Shown: positions 18,999 to 28,067 of the stretch, piece by piece
Position numbering within the stretch: the stretch's first letter is position 1
Layout of the letters: each line of letters begins with the position of its first letter
Assembly: GCA_963810275.1 (NCBI GenBank)
Contig: CAWENF010000002.1
Location: 128,001-192,000 of the forward strand
Origin: an uncultured archaeon
GTDB taxonomy: Archaea; Thermoproteota; Bathyarchaeia; Bathyarchaeales; Bathycorpusculaceae
Length of the DNA stretch: 64,000 bases
Reading direction: 5' to 3'
Position numbers and translations under genes: made by a program
The notes under the pieces: generated by a model
Database searches by the model: none
Told to the model about the DNA's origin: nothing
What the model saw: only the letters and a program-made list of their open reading frames with translations

Positions 18999-19349
18999 AT
19001 GGGTAGCGTATCAGCGGAGGACATCAGAGACGTTCTGAATATTAAGGATTCGGATATCTCTGACACTAAAGCTCTAAAGATGATTAAACGTGCGGAAGTC
19101 ACCTTAGAGCTTGAACTCTCCGCTGATATCGACTACCAAAATTGCACCGACGCCCAAAAAGAAGCCATAACGATCTTGGCAGCCATCTATTCCATTTGCT
19201 ACTTGACTGGCGGCTCAGCAATAGGGTTAAACTTCAGCGTCGGTGACCTAACGATCTCCAACTCAGCCTTCCCCAGCTTAACGGTTTTGCAGATGGAGTT
19301 CGAACGGATTCTTGCTAGCCTCAAAGAGCCTTACGTGGGAGGAGTATAG
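18999..19349 (+). CDS. Head-tail adaptor (connector) protein
   Basis: VSAEDIRDVL...ISD......I..AE, FSVGDLTIS beta hairpin; size and position. Confidence 0.75.
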   Translation: MGSVSAEDIRDVLNIKDSDISDTKALKMIKRAEVTLELELSADIDYQNCTDAQKEAITILAAIYSICYLTGGSAIGLNFSVGDLTISNSAFPSLTVLQMEFERILASLKEPYVGGV

Positions 19350-19351
19350 CC

Positions 19352-20740
19352 GTGGGAACCGTTCCTGAAGCCTACTACCAATTCGTCATGGACTATGCGC
19401 CGTATGTTTACGTTATTCCTCCAAACACACCAGATCCAGCATACGGCAGAGGCGTTTTGGCGGCTAGTTTTGCCATCGACTTTCTTTGTGAAGCCTACAA
19501 AGCACCACAGTTCGGGAACAGACGTGGAGACATATATGCTAAAGTTGCGGATTTAGCCGATTGGGTTCTAACCCAGCAATGCCTTGACCCAGAACGTAAG
19601 GCTTTTGGCGGATTCAAAAGTGCAGAAGCCAGCACCTACTATTACAGTGTAGATGCATGCAGAGTCTTGCCGTCACTGCTAAGAGCCTATGAACTTACGG
19701 GCGACTGTAACTATTTGAGTAACGCAAAGCTAGCCGGAGCAAACTTCCTCAAAACAATGCAGGATGAACAAATCTACGGCGGCTTTGCCAGAGCAGTAAC
19801 TATAGAGGACGCCTGGCTTCTGCAGCTGGACGTTGAATGCCTCTATGGCTTAATTGGGTTAAAGATGCTAGCTGAAAAGTACGATGTCGATAACGCTTCA
19901 GTTTATCAGCGCACTATAAGAGAAACAAGCTTTTTGAAAATGGGCTTTGAAAAACTTTGGCTAAGCTTTGACCCTGCCGATGGCAAATGGCATCGAGTGG
20001 GCTTAAATGAGAATGAGGTTTATGATGACCCGTTCGCCTATGCCCTCCTTGGCTTGTATGAGGTTGAAGGATGGAGCGTTAGTTGCCAAAAAGTCTACCA
20101 CGCCCTAAACAGCATCAGGGCGAGTGCGAAATACCCTGCTTATGACCCTGCAATCTGCTGGGCCGGCTACATAGACGTAGTCGGTCGGTTTGCAGCATGC
20201 GACTACTATGACGCTGTGACAAGCGGGATTCTGTGGAAAATTCGCCAAAACCAGGACAAGCCTAGCCTAAAACTTAGCGTTGAAGTCATCGGTAAACATG
20301 TTGAAGAGTTCATGTTTTGGGGCGCCAAACACACAGACTACAGCTACGTCGAGAACAAACAGGCAATGGCGACCGTTTGCTGGCTAGCCGAGTTGTTCCT
20401 CAACTACGAGGAACCTAAAACCCAATTCGCAAGAATTCTAAGCTGTAGAGGCGAAACGGTAACGCTCTATCCTGTCCGGGAAGCCGCTGCTACTGTAACT
20501 TATGGGGAAGCTTTGGATTTGTTGGCTGTTGTTTGTTCACTCAAAGCTGAACAGGTAATGATAGAAGCCGGTTATTACCTAAACGACTACGTAGCCGTCT
20601 ACACGTTTCTGCCTGTACGAGTGCATGATAAGATTAGGCGGCAAGGTGAAGACTTTGAAATCCAAACAGTGACGCCTTTCACGGTTGCGGATCAGCGGTT
20701 CTACTTCAAAAGTATAGCTAGGAGGCTTATTGCGAGTTGA
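19352..20740 (+). CDS. Alpha/alpha-barrel domain fused to head-closure (stopper) domain
   Basis: N-terminal ~350 aa with repeats LADWVLTQQ...GGF and FLKTMQ...GGF; C-terminal GETVTLY...HDKIRRQGEDFEIQTV is SPP1 gp16-like. Confidence 0.65.
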   Translation: MGTVPEAYYQFVMDYAPYVYVIPPNTPDPAYGRGVLAASFAIDFLCEAYKAPQFGNRRGDIYAKVADLADWVLTQQCLDPERKAFGGFKSAEASTYYYSVDACRVLPSLLRAYELTGDCNYLSNAKLAGANFLKTMQDEQIYGGFARAVTIEDAWLLQLDVECLYGLIGLKMLAEKYDVDNASVYQRTIRETSFLKMGFEKLWLSFDPADGKWHRVGLNENEVYDDPFAYALLGLYEVEGWSVSCQKVYHALNSIRASAKYPAYDPAICWAGYIDVVGRFAACDYYDAVTSGILWKIRQNQDKPSLKLSVEVIGKHVEEFMFWGAKHTDYSYVENKQAMATVCWLAELFLNYEEPKTQFARILSCRGETVTLYPVREAAATVTYGEALDLLAVVCSLKAEQVMIEAGYYLNDYVAVYTFLPVRVHDKIRRQGEDFEIQTVTPFTVADQRFYFKSIARRLIAS

Positions 20741-21754
20741 GCGAAGCAGAGAACCCAGTGGTTACCATTTTGAGGCTGATCGAGTGCCAAATTAGAGTTG
20801 TTAAAGACGACGGTGGCTTAGCTAACGTTTTGTGCTCTCAGGCTAATTATGACCGGGAACTGCTCAAAAACTACGATGCCCAAATTACCGTTTCTAAAAC
20901 AGCTGAGCCTTGCATTCAGCAGAAGCATACCTTAGATGGTAAGCTAAGACGGCGCATTTACTCCCTTCGTGCTACAGTAATTGCAGTGGATAAACAAAAT
21001 GTCCGGCGCAGATGTCGGTAGAGTCATGCGAGATAAGGTCCTTGAGCAATTGCTCTTGATTGTTTCTGAGAACCGCAACCTACCCAATAGAACATTGTTC
21101 TATTACTATCCTCTATACGATACCTCTACAACCCACAAAGCGTATGATTCAGCTTCCGAGGTAGAGCCCCAACCTTCAAGCCCCTCCTGGAGTGAACTGG
21201 ATAACATGGCGTATCCTAAGCTTTGGGCAAGCGACAACAACCGGTGCTCAAAGAGCGCAAATGGGCTTAACGAATACGCTTTCATGCTTTTCCGCTTAAA
21301 AATCGCTTCCAAATCAGGGGAAACACGCAATGAACCCCGAAAACAATGCTTAAAGCAAGTTACACTGTCCTTTGAAGGGTATGGAACCGCTCCTTCTGGT
21401 AACGGGGTGACTCTTCAAGTCTGGGATAATTCTTTGGGCGCTTGGAGCAATCCCCAAAATGGAACTGCAGCAGCAGACGAAACCCTAACCCTCTCACTAT
21501 CTGCTAACCTTCCAAACTACGTCAATGACGACGGTCTCCTGTATCTTCTGGCAAAAACAACCAACCCATCCGATGGAGCTTTTCCAGCAGTTTTAAGCTG
21601 CGACTTTGTGCAGGCAACCGTTGACGTGCAAGGCATAACTTTCTGCGATATTCACAGTTACCGAGACGTCGACGTAGTTGACGTTAAGCCGTTTCTCTAC
21701 AAAGAAGAAATCCAACTCGTGGCCTGGCTGTTTGAGTCATTAGCCACCTCATAG
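20737..21754 (+). CDS. Probable tail terminator with inserted beta-rich domain (one frameshift near 20995)
   Basis: ORFs 20737-21021 and 20981-21754 join across an A-run; lies immediately before the tail tube gene. Confidence 0.6.
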
Positions 21755-21771
21755 TCACAGGTGAAAAAAAG

Positions 21772-22636
21772 ATGGTTGACACCTACCACAGCGACCAAGA
21801 AAAATTCTACTACGTTACCGAAGGCTCCTTTGGCGTTGTTCCAGCGGCGCCGGCGATGCTTGGGCACTCATGCAGCAACCTCGACCCAGACATAAATCCA
21901 AACAACATCAAAGTCCCCGGAACCGGCTCAGTTGATCTTGTAGCACTAAAACAGGGGTTTACGGCAGCCAACCCTGCGCCTCAAATACCCAATCCCATCA
22001 GAAGCACCAATTAACTTACTGCAGCATGTCAAGCAGGAGCTAAATAATAGCCTCAGCTTGCAAGTGCTATACTACAAAGACATCTTCGCAACAGCTACCG
22101 ACATCATAAGCCTGCTCTACAAAGGCGCTCGACTCAACAAAGCCACACTAACATGCGACATCGACGGCTTACTTGAGTGCGAAGTCGAGTTTCCATCCCA
22201 AGATGTTGAAGTCACCACAGCCAAAATCGCTAATGCCACTTATACCGATTATGTAGGCGCCGTCTCGAGCAGCGAAAGCTACGTTAAAATCGCTGGCTTG
22301 ACTTGCGAGAGGGTTACTTCTTGGAAGCTGCAGATCGACAACTCATGCAAGCCCGTACCGGTCATAAGGTCAGTCAATGGGAATTTGGCAAAATACCTCA
22401 TTTGGGGCAGACGACTACTGATGGGTGAGTTGACTTTTGAGTTTGAGAGCAAACAAGAAGCTGACGACATCTTAGCAGACACCGAACAATCCAGCCTTGA
22501 ATTCGGGTTAGGCGGCGTCAACAAAGTTAGCGTTGAGCATACCAAATGGGATGACTTCTCGTTGAGCAGCAAGTCCGAGGACCTCATCTACGCTAAGGTT
22601 CTTTTCACAGCTATGGGACCGCTGATCATTTCATAG
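21772..22636 (+). CDS. Major tail tube protein (one frameshift near 21958)
   Basis: YYVTEGSFGVVP N-terminus, YKGARLNKATL, VTSWKLQIDN, GRRLLMGELTFEF; frames join at GGGGTTT (about 287 aa). Confidence 0.8.
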
Positions 22637-22654
22637 TCATGGGAGGAGAAAAAA

Positions 22655-22864
22655 ATGGAAGAAATTAAAGAAAAACAAGAAAATTATCAAGAAGCTGCCT
22701 CGCGCAGTGAATGGCTCAAAACCTGGGAAACAATTGGCGTGCGAATTCTCAAGCTTCCAGGGTGGATGCAAGACATTATGCTTGAAGACATCAAAACTGC
22801 AATCAGAAATCGAATTGTAACCATGGAGATAATCGAAAATGCACACAGAAAAAATAGAGATTGA
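22655..22864 (+). CDS. Small helical protein in the tail module
   Basis: 69 aa, strong GGAGG RBS, overlaps the next gene. Confidence 0.7.
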   Translation: MEEIKEKQENYQEAASRSEWLKTWETIGVRILKLPGWMQDIMLEDIKTAIRNRIVTMEIIENAHRKNRD

Positions 22865-23369
22865 CCCCCGATTAGGTAAAGAATACAGCGGCACCTACAC
22901 TTTTGCGGAGATAACGTGGGCAAAACGTAACCGCATCATCCAAAAGTACACCAAATACAACAAGCTCTCTGGCGACGTAGAAAGTAGCGACTTCATAGCC
23001 ATACAAGCAGAAACCATTATGGCCAGCATGCATGGGCAGCCTCAAAGCCACCCCATAACCCTTGAGAAGCTACTTGGCGAAGAAGATGGCATTCCGATTG
23101 AACTGGGGGAACTTTTCTCTAAGGTAGTCAATAAACTGAATGGTATGTCAAGGGAGGATTTGCGTTTTTTACTGGAGCAGTTAGACGAGGAAAGCCGCAC
23201 AATTCTCTTGTCGAGTTTAGGTTATGTCAAACCTTCGGCTGGACACCCAACAGAACTCGCCAAGCAAACATCTAGAACAATCCAGGAGTTCATCCACATC
23301 TTGAACGTAATGGATGAGATGGCTGAGGAAGAGAAACGAAGAACGGAGCGTGAAGCAAGACGGCACTAG
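22839..23369 (+). CDS. Tail assembly chaperone (G/GT type) with -1 slippery site
   Basis: Position between tube and tape measure; T TTT TTA at 23165-23171; the -1 frame encodes EFRLCQTFGWTP. Confidence 0.78.
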   Translation: MHTEKIEIDPRLGKEYSGTYTFAEITWAKRNRIIQKYTKYNKLSGDVESSDFIAIQAETIMASMHGQPQSHPITLEKLLGEEDGIPIELGELFSKVVNKLNGMSREDLRFLLEQLDEESRTILLSSLGYVKPSAGHPTELAKQTSRTIQEFIHILNVMDEMAEEEKRRTEREARRH

Positions 23370-23730
23370 AAGTAACCTGCGACATCCAAGGCATGGAAGA
23401 GTTCAAAACTGCCATGAAACGGTTTGATTCAGGCATGCAGCGGCAGGTTTACAAGTACTTAGCTAACTGGGCTGCTGATGTTAAAGCAGAAGCCATCGCG
23501 CTTAGTTCCCGTTCGCACAGGTCATCTCCGAAGCACTATCTACGCAAAGATTCAGGAATGGGTTAGCTGAAATCGGCGCTAAAGCTACCTACGCCTTGTT
23601 TGTTGAGCTGGGAACCAAGTACATGCAAGCACAACCTTACCTATACCCAGCAATCGAGCAGTACCTCCCAGAACTTGAAGAGTCATAGTACTTAGCAATT
23701 GAGCAAGCTAAAGCGGAGGCTGGATTATGA
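23360..23730 (+). CDS. HK97 gp10-family tail completion protein (several indels; missed by ORF track)
   Basis: Piecewise translation gives LEVTCDIQGMEEF..., VPVRTGHLRSTI and YALFVELGTKYMQAQPYLYPA. Confidence 0.82.
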
Positions 23731-24276
23731 GTTTTCGTGAAATTGCCGTAACTATTAGGGCAGTTAATCGTGCCAGCCACGAATTTGGCGAGAATAAAAA
23801 CTGACGCTGAAGCTCTAAGTGCTCGCATTAAGAGTTTAGGCTCTGCAATATCTGGTCTCGGCGCTTCAGGTATGGCAATCGGCTACATAGCCAATCAGTT
23901 CGGATTACTCGATGACGCTCAAACTAAGGTGTTCAACGGCGCTATGATGGTGGTCACTGTCATGGGCACCTTTATGAATACTAGCCTGGGTGTGGCTGTT
24001 GCCCAGAAAGTCTATTCTGCCGCTTGCTGGGTAGCCACAGCTGCCCAAAATGCTCTAAACATCAGCTACGGGACCTTCTTGGCTTTAACTGGAGTTGGGA
24101 TTGCTGTTATAGCGGCTGCTGCAGTTGCAATGTACAGCTTTGCCAATAGTATGAACACGGCAACAGCGAGTATTCAGAACTTCAACTCCGCGGCTAGCCA
24201 GACACCCACTTTTACACGAGGGATTGTGCGGTCGGGTGATATGGCGATCTATCGTCAAGGAGTTGAGGATACATGA
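23727..24276 (+). CDS. Very short tape measure protein (~182 aa; frameshift near 23786)
   Basis: ATG 23727 gives MSFREIAVTIRAVNRASHEF, a typical TMP N-terminus, joining the Ala/Gly-rich ORF 23770-24276 with WVATAAQNALN. Confidence 0.72.
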
Positions 24277-25884
24277 GCGAACCTGCACAGCCAATAATCA
24301 GTTTATACTCTGGGATAACTGGCGGTGCCATTGATCAAGCTGACATTCAGGAGCTAGTCGTGCACTTAGGTGGAACCGAAGAAGTAAGTAGTTTTTCGTA
24401 TCGCCTTCAAAACTGGAACGGCAAATACAGCCCAAGTGGCTCACCGATCGCTTTAGGTGAAGACGGCTACATCATGATGGGTCGAGGCGCCAATTGTCCC
24501 CAGATCATAACCACACGAAACGAGAATATGAAGTTCCAGTCAAACCCTACGGAGCATTATGTTACTGTTTCTGGGCGTGACTGGGGCGAGCGGTTATTCC
24601 GTGAATACGTCACCGAAGGCTATGCTCTCATGAAAGGCGAGGAAATCGTCAAGCATCTTCTGGATTATCATTCGGGTCTGCCTCATGTGAGAAGCGCGGT
24701 TGAGTTGGTTGAAAACACTGATACTACCTTCACTCGTCTGGATTATGAGAATAAGCAGGCTTGGGAAATTCTCAAGCAAATCACTCAGGACAGTGACAAG
24801 GCGGGTGTTATCGGCTATGATTTTAGGGTAGCCCCCGATGGACTCTTTGAGTTTTTCCACAGGGGTGCCAAAACAAGCTCTGTCAGCTTAAGTGAGCGCG
24901 TTGAAGAGGCGGAAACGGAATCTGATATCCTTTCTGTTAGAAACAAAGTCACTATCTACGGTGCTGCCGCCAAAAGCATACCTGTAGATGTTGATGAGAC
25001 GGTCGAAAGTCTCAATCCAGCCAGTGGTTACTGGACAGGATACGCCGGCTCGCTCTCCTTGGACGCAACCAAGGTGTACGCCTCCGCCGCCTCAAGCATC
25101 AAGAACACAACCGGCACCGCTTACGGCGCAGTGAGCATCTTCTACTTTAGTGCAACAGTAAACGGTAACATGTACCCTAAACTGTTCCTTGCCCTGCTGC
25201 GAGATGACCTTGTTAAGTCTGATGGTTTCTTGGTAATCCTGCATGACTCTTCATCACGGGTCTGTGGGCGTAACCTCTCAACCGTCAATAGCGTATCTGC
25301 AAGTAATGATTGGTCAAACTTCCAGCTAGACGTTGGGATCTATCATGCAACAGATTGGGCGGCTCCTATTGACTTTGATTGGGACAACATTCGAACTGTA
25401 ACTGTCACGGCTTATCTGGTTACTGCTGGGCGTTAGCGGTCAAGTGTGGCATGGCCAACTCTATTTCACCGGCGCCAGGTATAGTAATGTGCAAACTGAT
25501 GCCGCAAGCATTGCCAGTTATGGCGAGCGCCAATACGTCGATATCGTCGAGGACCTCTACAGCGACAACGAATGCATGCTTAGAGCCAAATCGATTCTGG
25601 CCTACAAAAAACAAGCTAAAACTTCCTTGGTAGTGAGAAGCAGTGTTCTCGATTATGGCACTTCACCCATTTTGCCCGGCGATATGATTCCGATAACTCT
25701 GCCAAACGAAAGCATCGCCGCCGTAAGCTTCCTCGTCAAAAGTGTGGACCTCCACTTTCGGGCAGAAAACAACACCCTACAAGTTACTCTCAATCTGGGC
25801 TATCAGAAACAACTGATGGCTGACTGGATTTACGCCTTGAGAGCCAGAACAGACGCTCTAAACAACTACAAGGCGAGACGGTGA
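24273..25884 (+). CDS. Tail tip / baseplate hub protein with inserted beta-sandwich (frameshift near 25430)
   Basis: VSGRDW, YDFRVAPDGLFEF, VRNKVTIYG, DAASIASYGER, ILPGDMI...VKSV; about 536 aa when joined. Confidence 0.78.
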
Positions 25885-26303
25885 CCCAAATGAGTAAACA
25901 AATCCTAAAACAAATGGAAAACATAAAACCCGGCGACCTAATCGCTGTCGACTGGTGCGATGCATCGGTCGGTAAAAGCAGCGGCTCAGGCATGACAATA
26001 GATGTCCCAGTGAAGAGTTGGGGAATATTTGTCAGTTTAATCGGCGATAGGGTTAAGCACATTGTGATTGCACAGAACAGTTTCCGCTATGCCGACGACT
26101 TGTTTGATTTAGACTACACCGCCGTTCCTATCGGTTGGGCACTAGGAGTGACTGTTTTAATCAAAGAGCACATTGTTACCGATTCGGCTAGCCGTCTTGT
26201 TAATAGTTTCATGTTGGGCGGACATCGTTCGATGAATCATCCCAGAATTTTTCGAAGTGCACTTGCACAGCGGAGGTTGAGCAACAATGGCAGACCCCAT
26301 TAA
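25881..26303 (+). CDS. Phage-type hypothetical protein (small beta-barrel, VxWxDA motif)
   Basis: GDLIAVDWCDAS...SWGIF...IVIAQ...VP.GW pattern. Confidence 0.65.
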   Translation: MTQMSKQILKQMENIKPGDLIAVDWCDASVGKSSGSGMTIDVPVKSWGIFVSLIGDRVKHIVIAQNSFRYADDLFDLDYTAVPIGWALGVTVLIKEHIVTDSASRLVNSFMLGGHRSMNHPRIFRSALAQRRLSNNGRPH

Positions 26304-26529
26304 ACATGCTTTGACCCGTCGACGTTTTGAGAGGGGTCGCCTCATCGTTGAGGAGCCTAATGCTAAGTTGGTGTTGGGCGTTAAATTTGCCATCGGAATG
26401 ACTGCGTTTATGTCAGCGCTTGAGATTGCCCACTTAGTCATTTTACATTCATGGAATGCTGAGATATTTGCGTCCATCACAGGACTTAGCGGCTCATTGA
26501 TTGGATTGTTTGTGGGGCAAAAAACATGA
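26287..26529 (+). CDS. Small 2-TM protein (holin-like)
   Basis: Basic N-terminus, two TM helices; GGAGG RBS. Confidence 0.6.
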   Translation: MADPIKHALTRRRFERGRLIVEEPNAKLVLGVKFAIGMTAFMSALEIAHLVILHSWNAEIFASITGLSGSLIGLFVGQKT

Positions 26530-27963
26530 GACGACAAAGGGACTTTCGGATAAGGCAATTGCGACCGCACCTACGACAGAGCAGCAGGCAAGTTTACGTT
26601 TGATATCAGTTACGAAACGACAACCAAGCCTACCCCAAGAAGCCTGTTAGTTGCCGAAGCGTTTGGTCTTGGAATAGATGAAACTCAAAAATTCAAAGTT
26701 ATAGATGCTGAAATCAAAATAGGCCCCACAGACATTGTCTACATTACTGGTGATTCTGGATCGGGTAAAAGTGTTTTGTTAAGAGCAATCAGAGCTGACC
26801 TGGGCGAGGAAGCTATCGACCTAAACGAAATAGAAGTGGAGCCGGACAAACCATTAATAGAAACTATAGGCGCGACAGTTGAGCAGGGATTAGAGCTATT
26901 AAGTAAAGCGGGCTTAAACGATGCTTTCCTATTTTTACGCTCTTACTGTCAACTCAGCGACGGCCAAAAATACCGCTACAAAATAGCCAAACTTATAGAG
27001 TCGGGCAAACGATGGGGGCTTTTAGATGAATTCGCTGCAATGCTTGATCGCGATACCGCTAAGGTGATTGCTTATAACTTGCAGAAAATCGCTCGCCAAC
27101 AAGGCAAAGCAGTTATAGCAGCCACTACCCACAGCGATCTGCAAGAGGATCTTAAACCCAGCGTACTTATTCGCAAGCGATTTGGCGAAGAAATCAAGAT
27201 CGACTATTTCCCAAACACCCCCGCAACAGAGTGCAGCTTAACTAAAGAGATGAAAACAGAGGCAGGAACAAAAGAGGATTGGAAAAAACTCAGCACCTTC
27301 CACTATAGAGGACACGGCATCTCTGTGCCTAGAAAAATCTTTCGAATGGTTAGGGACAATGAACTATGTGGCGTTATAGTTTATACCTATCCGCCTCCTG
27401 CATGTTTTGGGCGGCGTCTTGTGCTACCAAGAATGACGATGGGAGAAATCAACAAGAACCTAAGCACTATCAACCGCGTAGTAATTCACCCCAAGTACAG
27501 AACCATAGGTCTTGGCGAGAAGCTAATCCGTGAAACTCTATCATTGGCTGGCACAACCTACGTTGAACTTATTGCGGTCATGGCAAAAATATCACCCTTT
27601 GCTGAGAAAGCAGGAATGAGAAAGGTTATAGAACAAAAATCAGTTGAGAGCACTAAGAAGCTAATCCAGACACTCCAGCAACTAGGCTTCAACTTGCAGC
27701 TTATCGGCAGCCAGCGCTATGTCGAATCAAAACTCGACAACCTCACTGAGGATCAAAAAGAGGAACTCAAAGCTGCCTTCATATCGAACAAACATCCGCG
27801 GTTCAAAAAAGAAGTGGCATCTAACCGCCATAACCCATACGGAAAAACATCCGACTACATAGCATACATAAAAACTGCCGATAACTTGAAACTTGCCAAA
27901 TTGATAAAAATTCTTGCAATGCTATCACAAACTAAAGCATATCTGTTATGGAGAAAAGACTAA
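26526..27963 (+). CDS. ABC-type ATPase fused to GNAT acetyltransferase (frameshift near 26565; true start 26526)
   Basis: Walker A GDSGSGKS at 26749-26772 upstream of the called ORF, LSDGQ signature, LLDEF, ATTH; GNAT motif A INRVVIHPKYRTIGLG. Confidence 0.85.
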
Positions 27964-28067
27964 GTAGTCAAAGCAGTGAAAAGGAAAACAACTTTTTAAA
28001 ACATGATTCAATTTGTTGTCCTCGTTCAGGATACAAACAAAGATTGACCTCTTCTGGAATTCACTCG

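Larger units (their letters stand above)
14613..27963 (+). mobile_element. Caudoviricetes-derived head-tail morphogenesis cluster (GTA-like element or provirus remnant)
   Basis: About 17 contiguous, mostly overlapping + strand virion genes; no integrase, replication gene or terminase inside; flanked by host genes. Confidence 0.9.

Noticed and set aside
14911-27963. Contractile injection system, tailocin or encapsulin interpretation
   Set aside because: No sheath or baseplate wedge genes; portal, adaptor and tail genes accompany the capsid gene, so it is a DNA-packaging siphovirus-like particle
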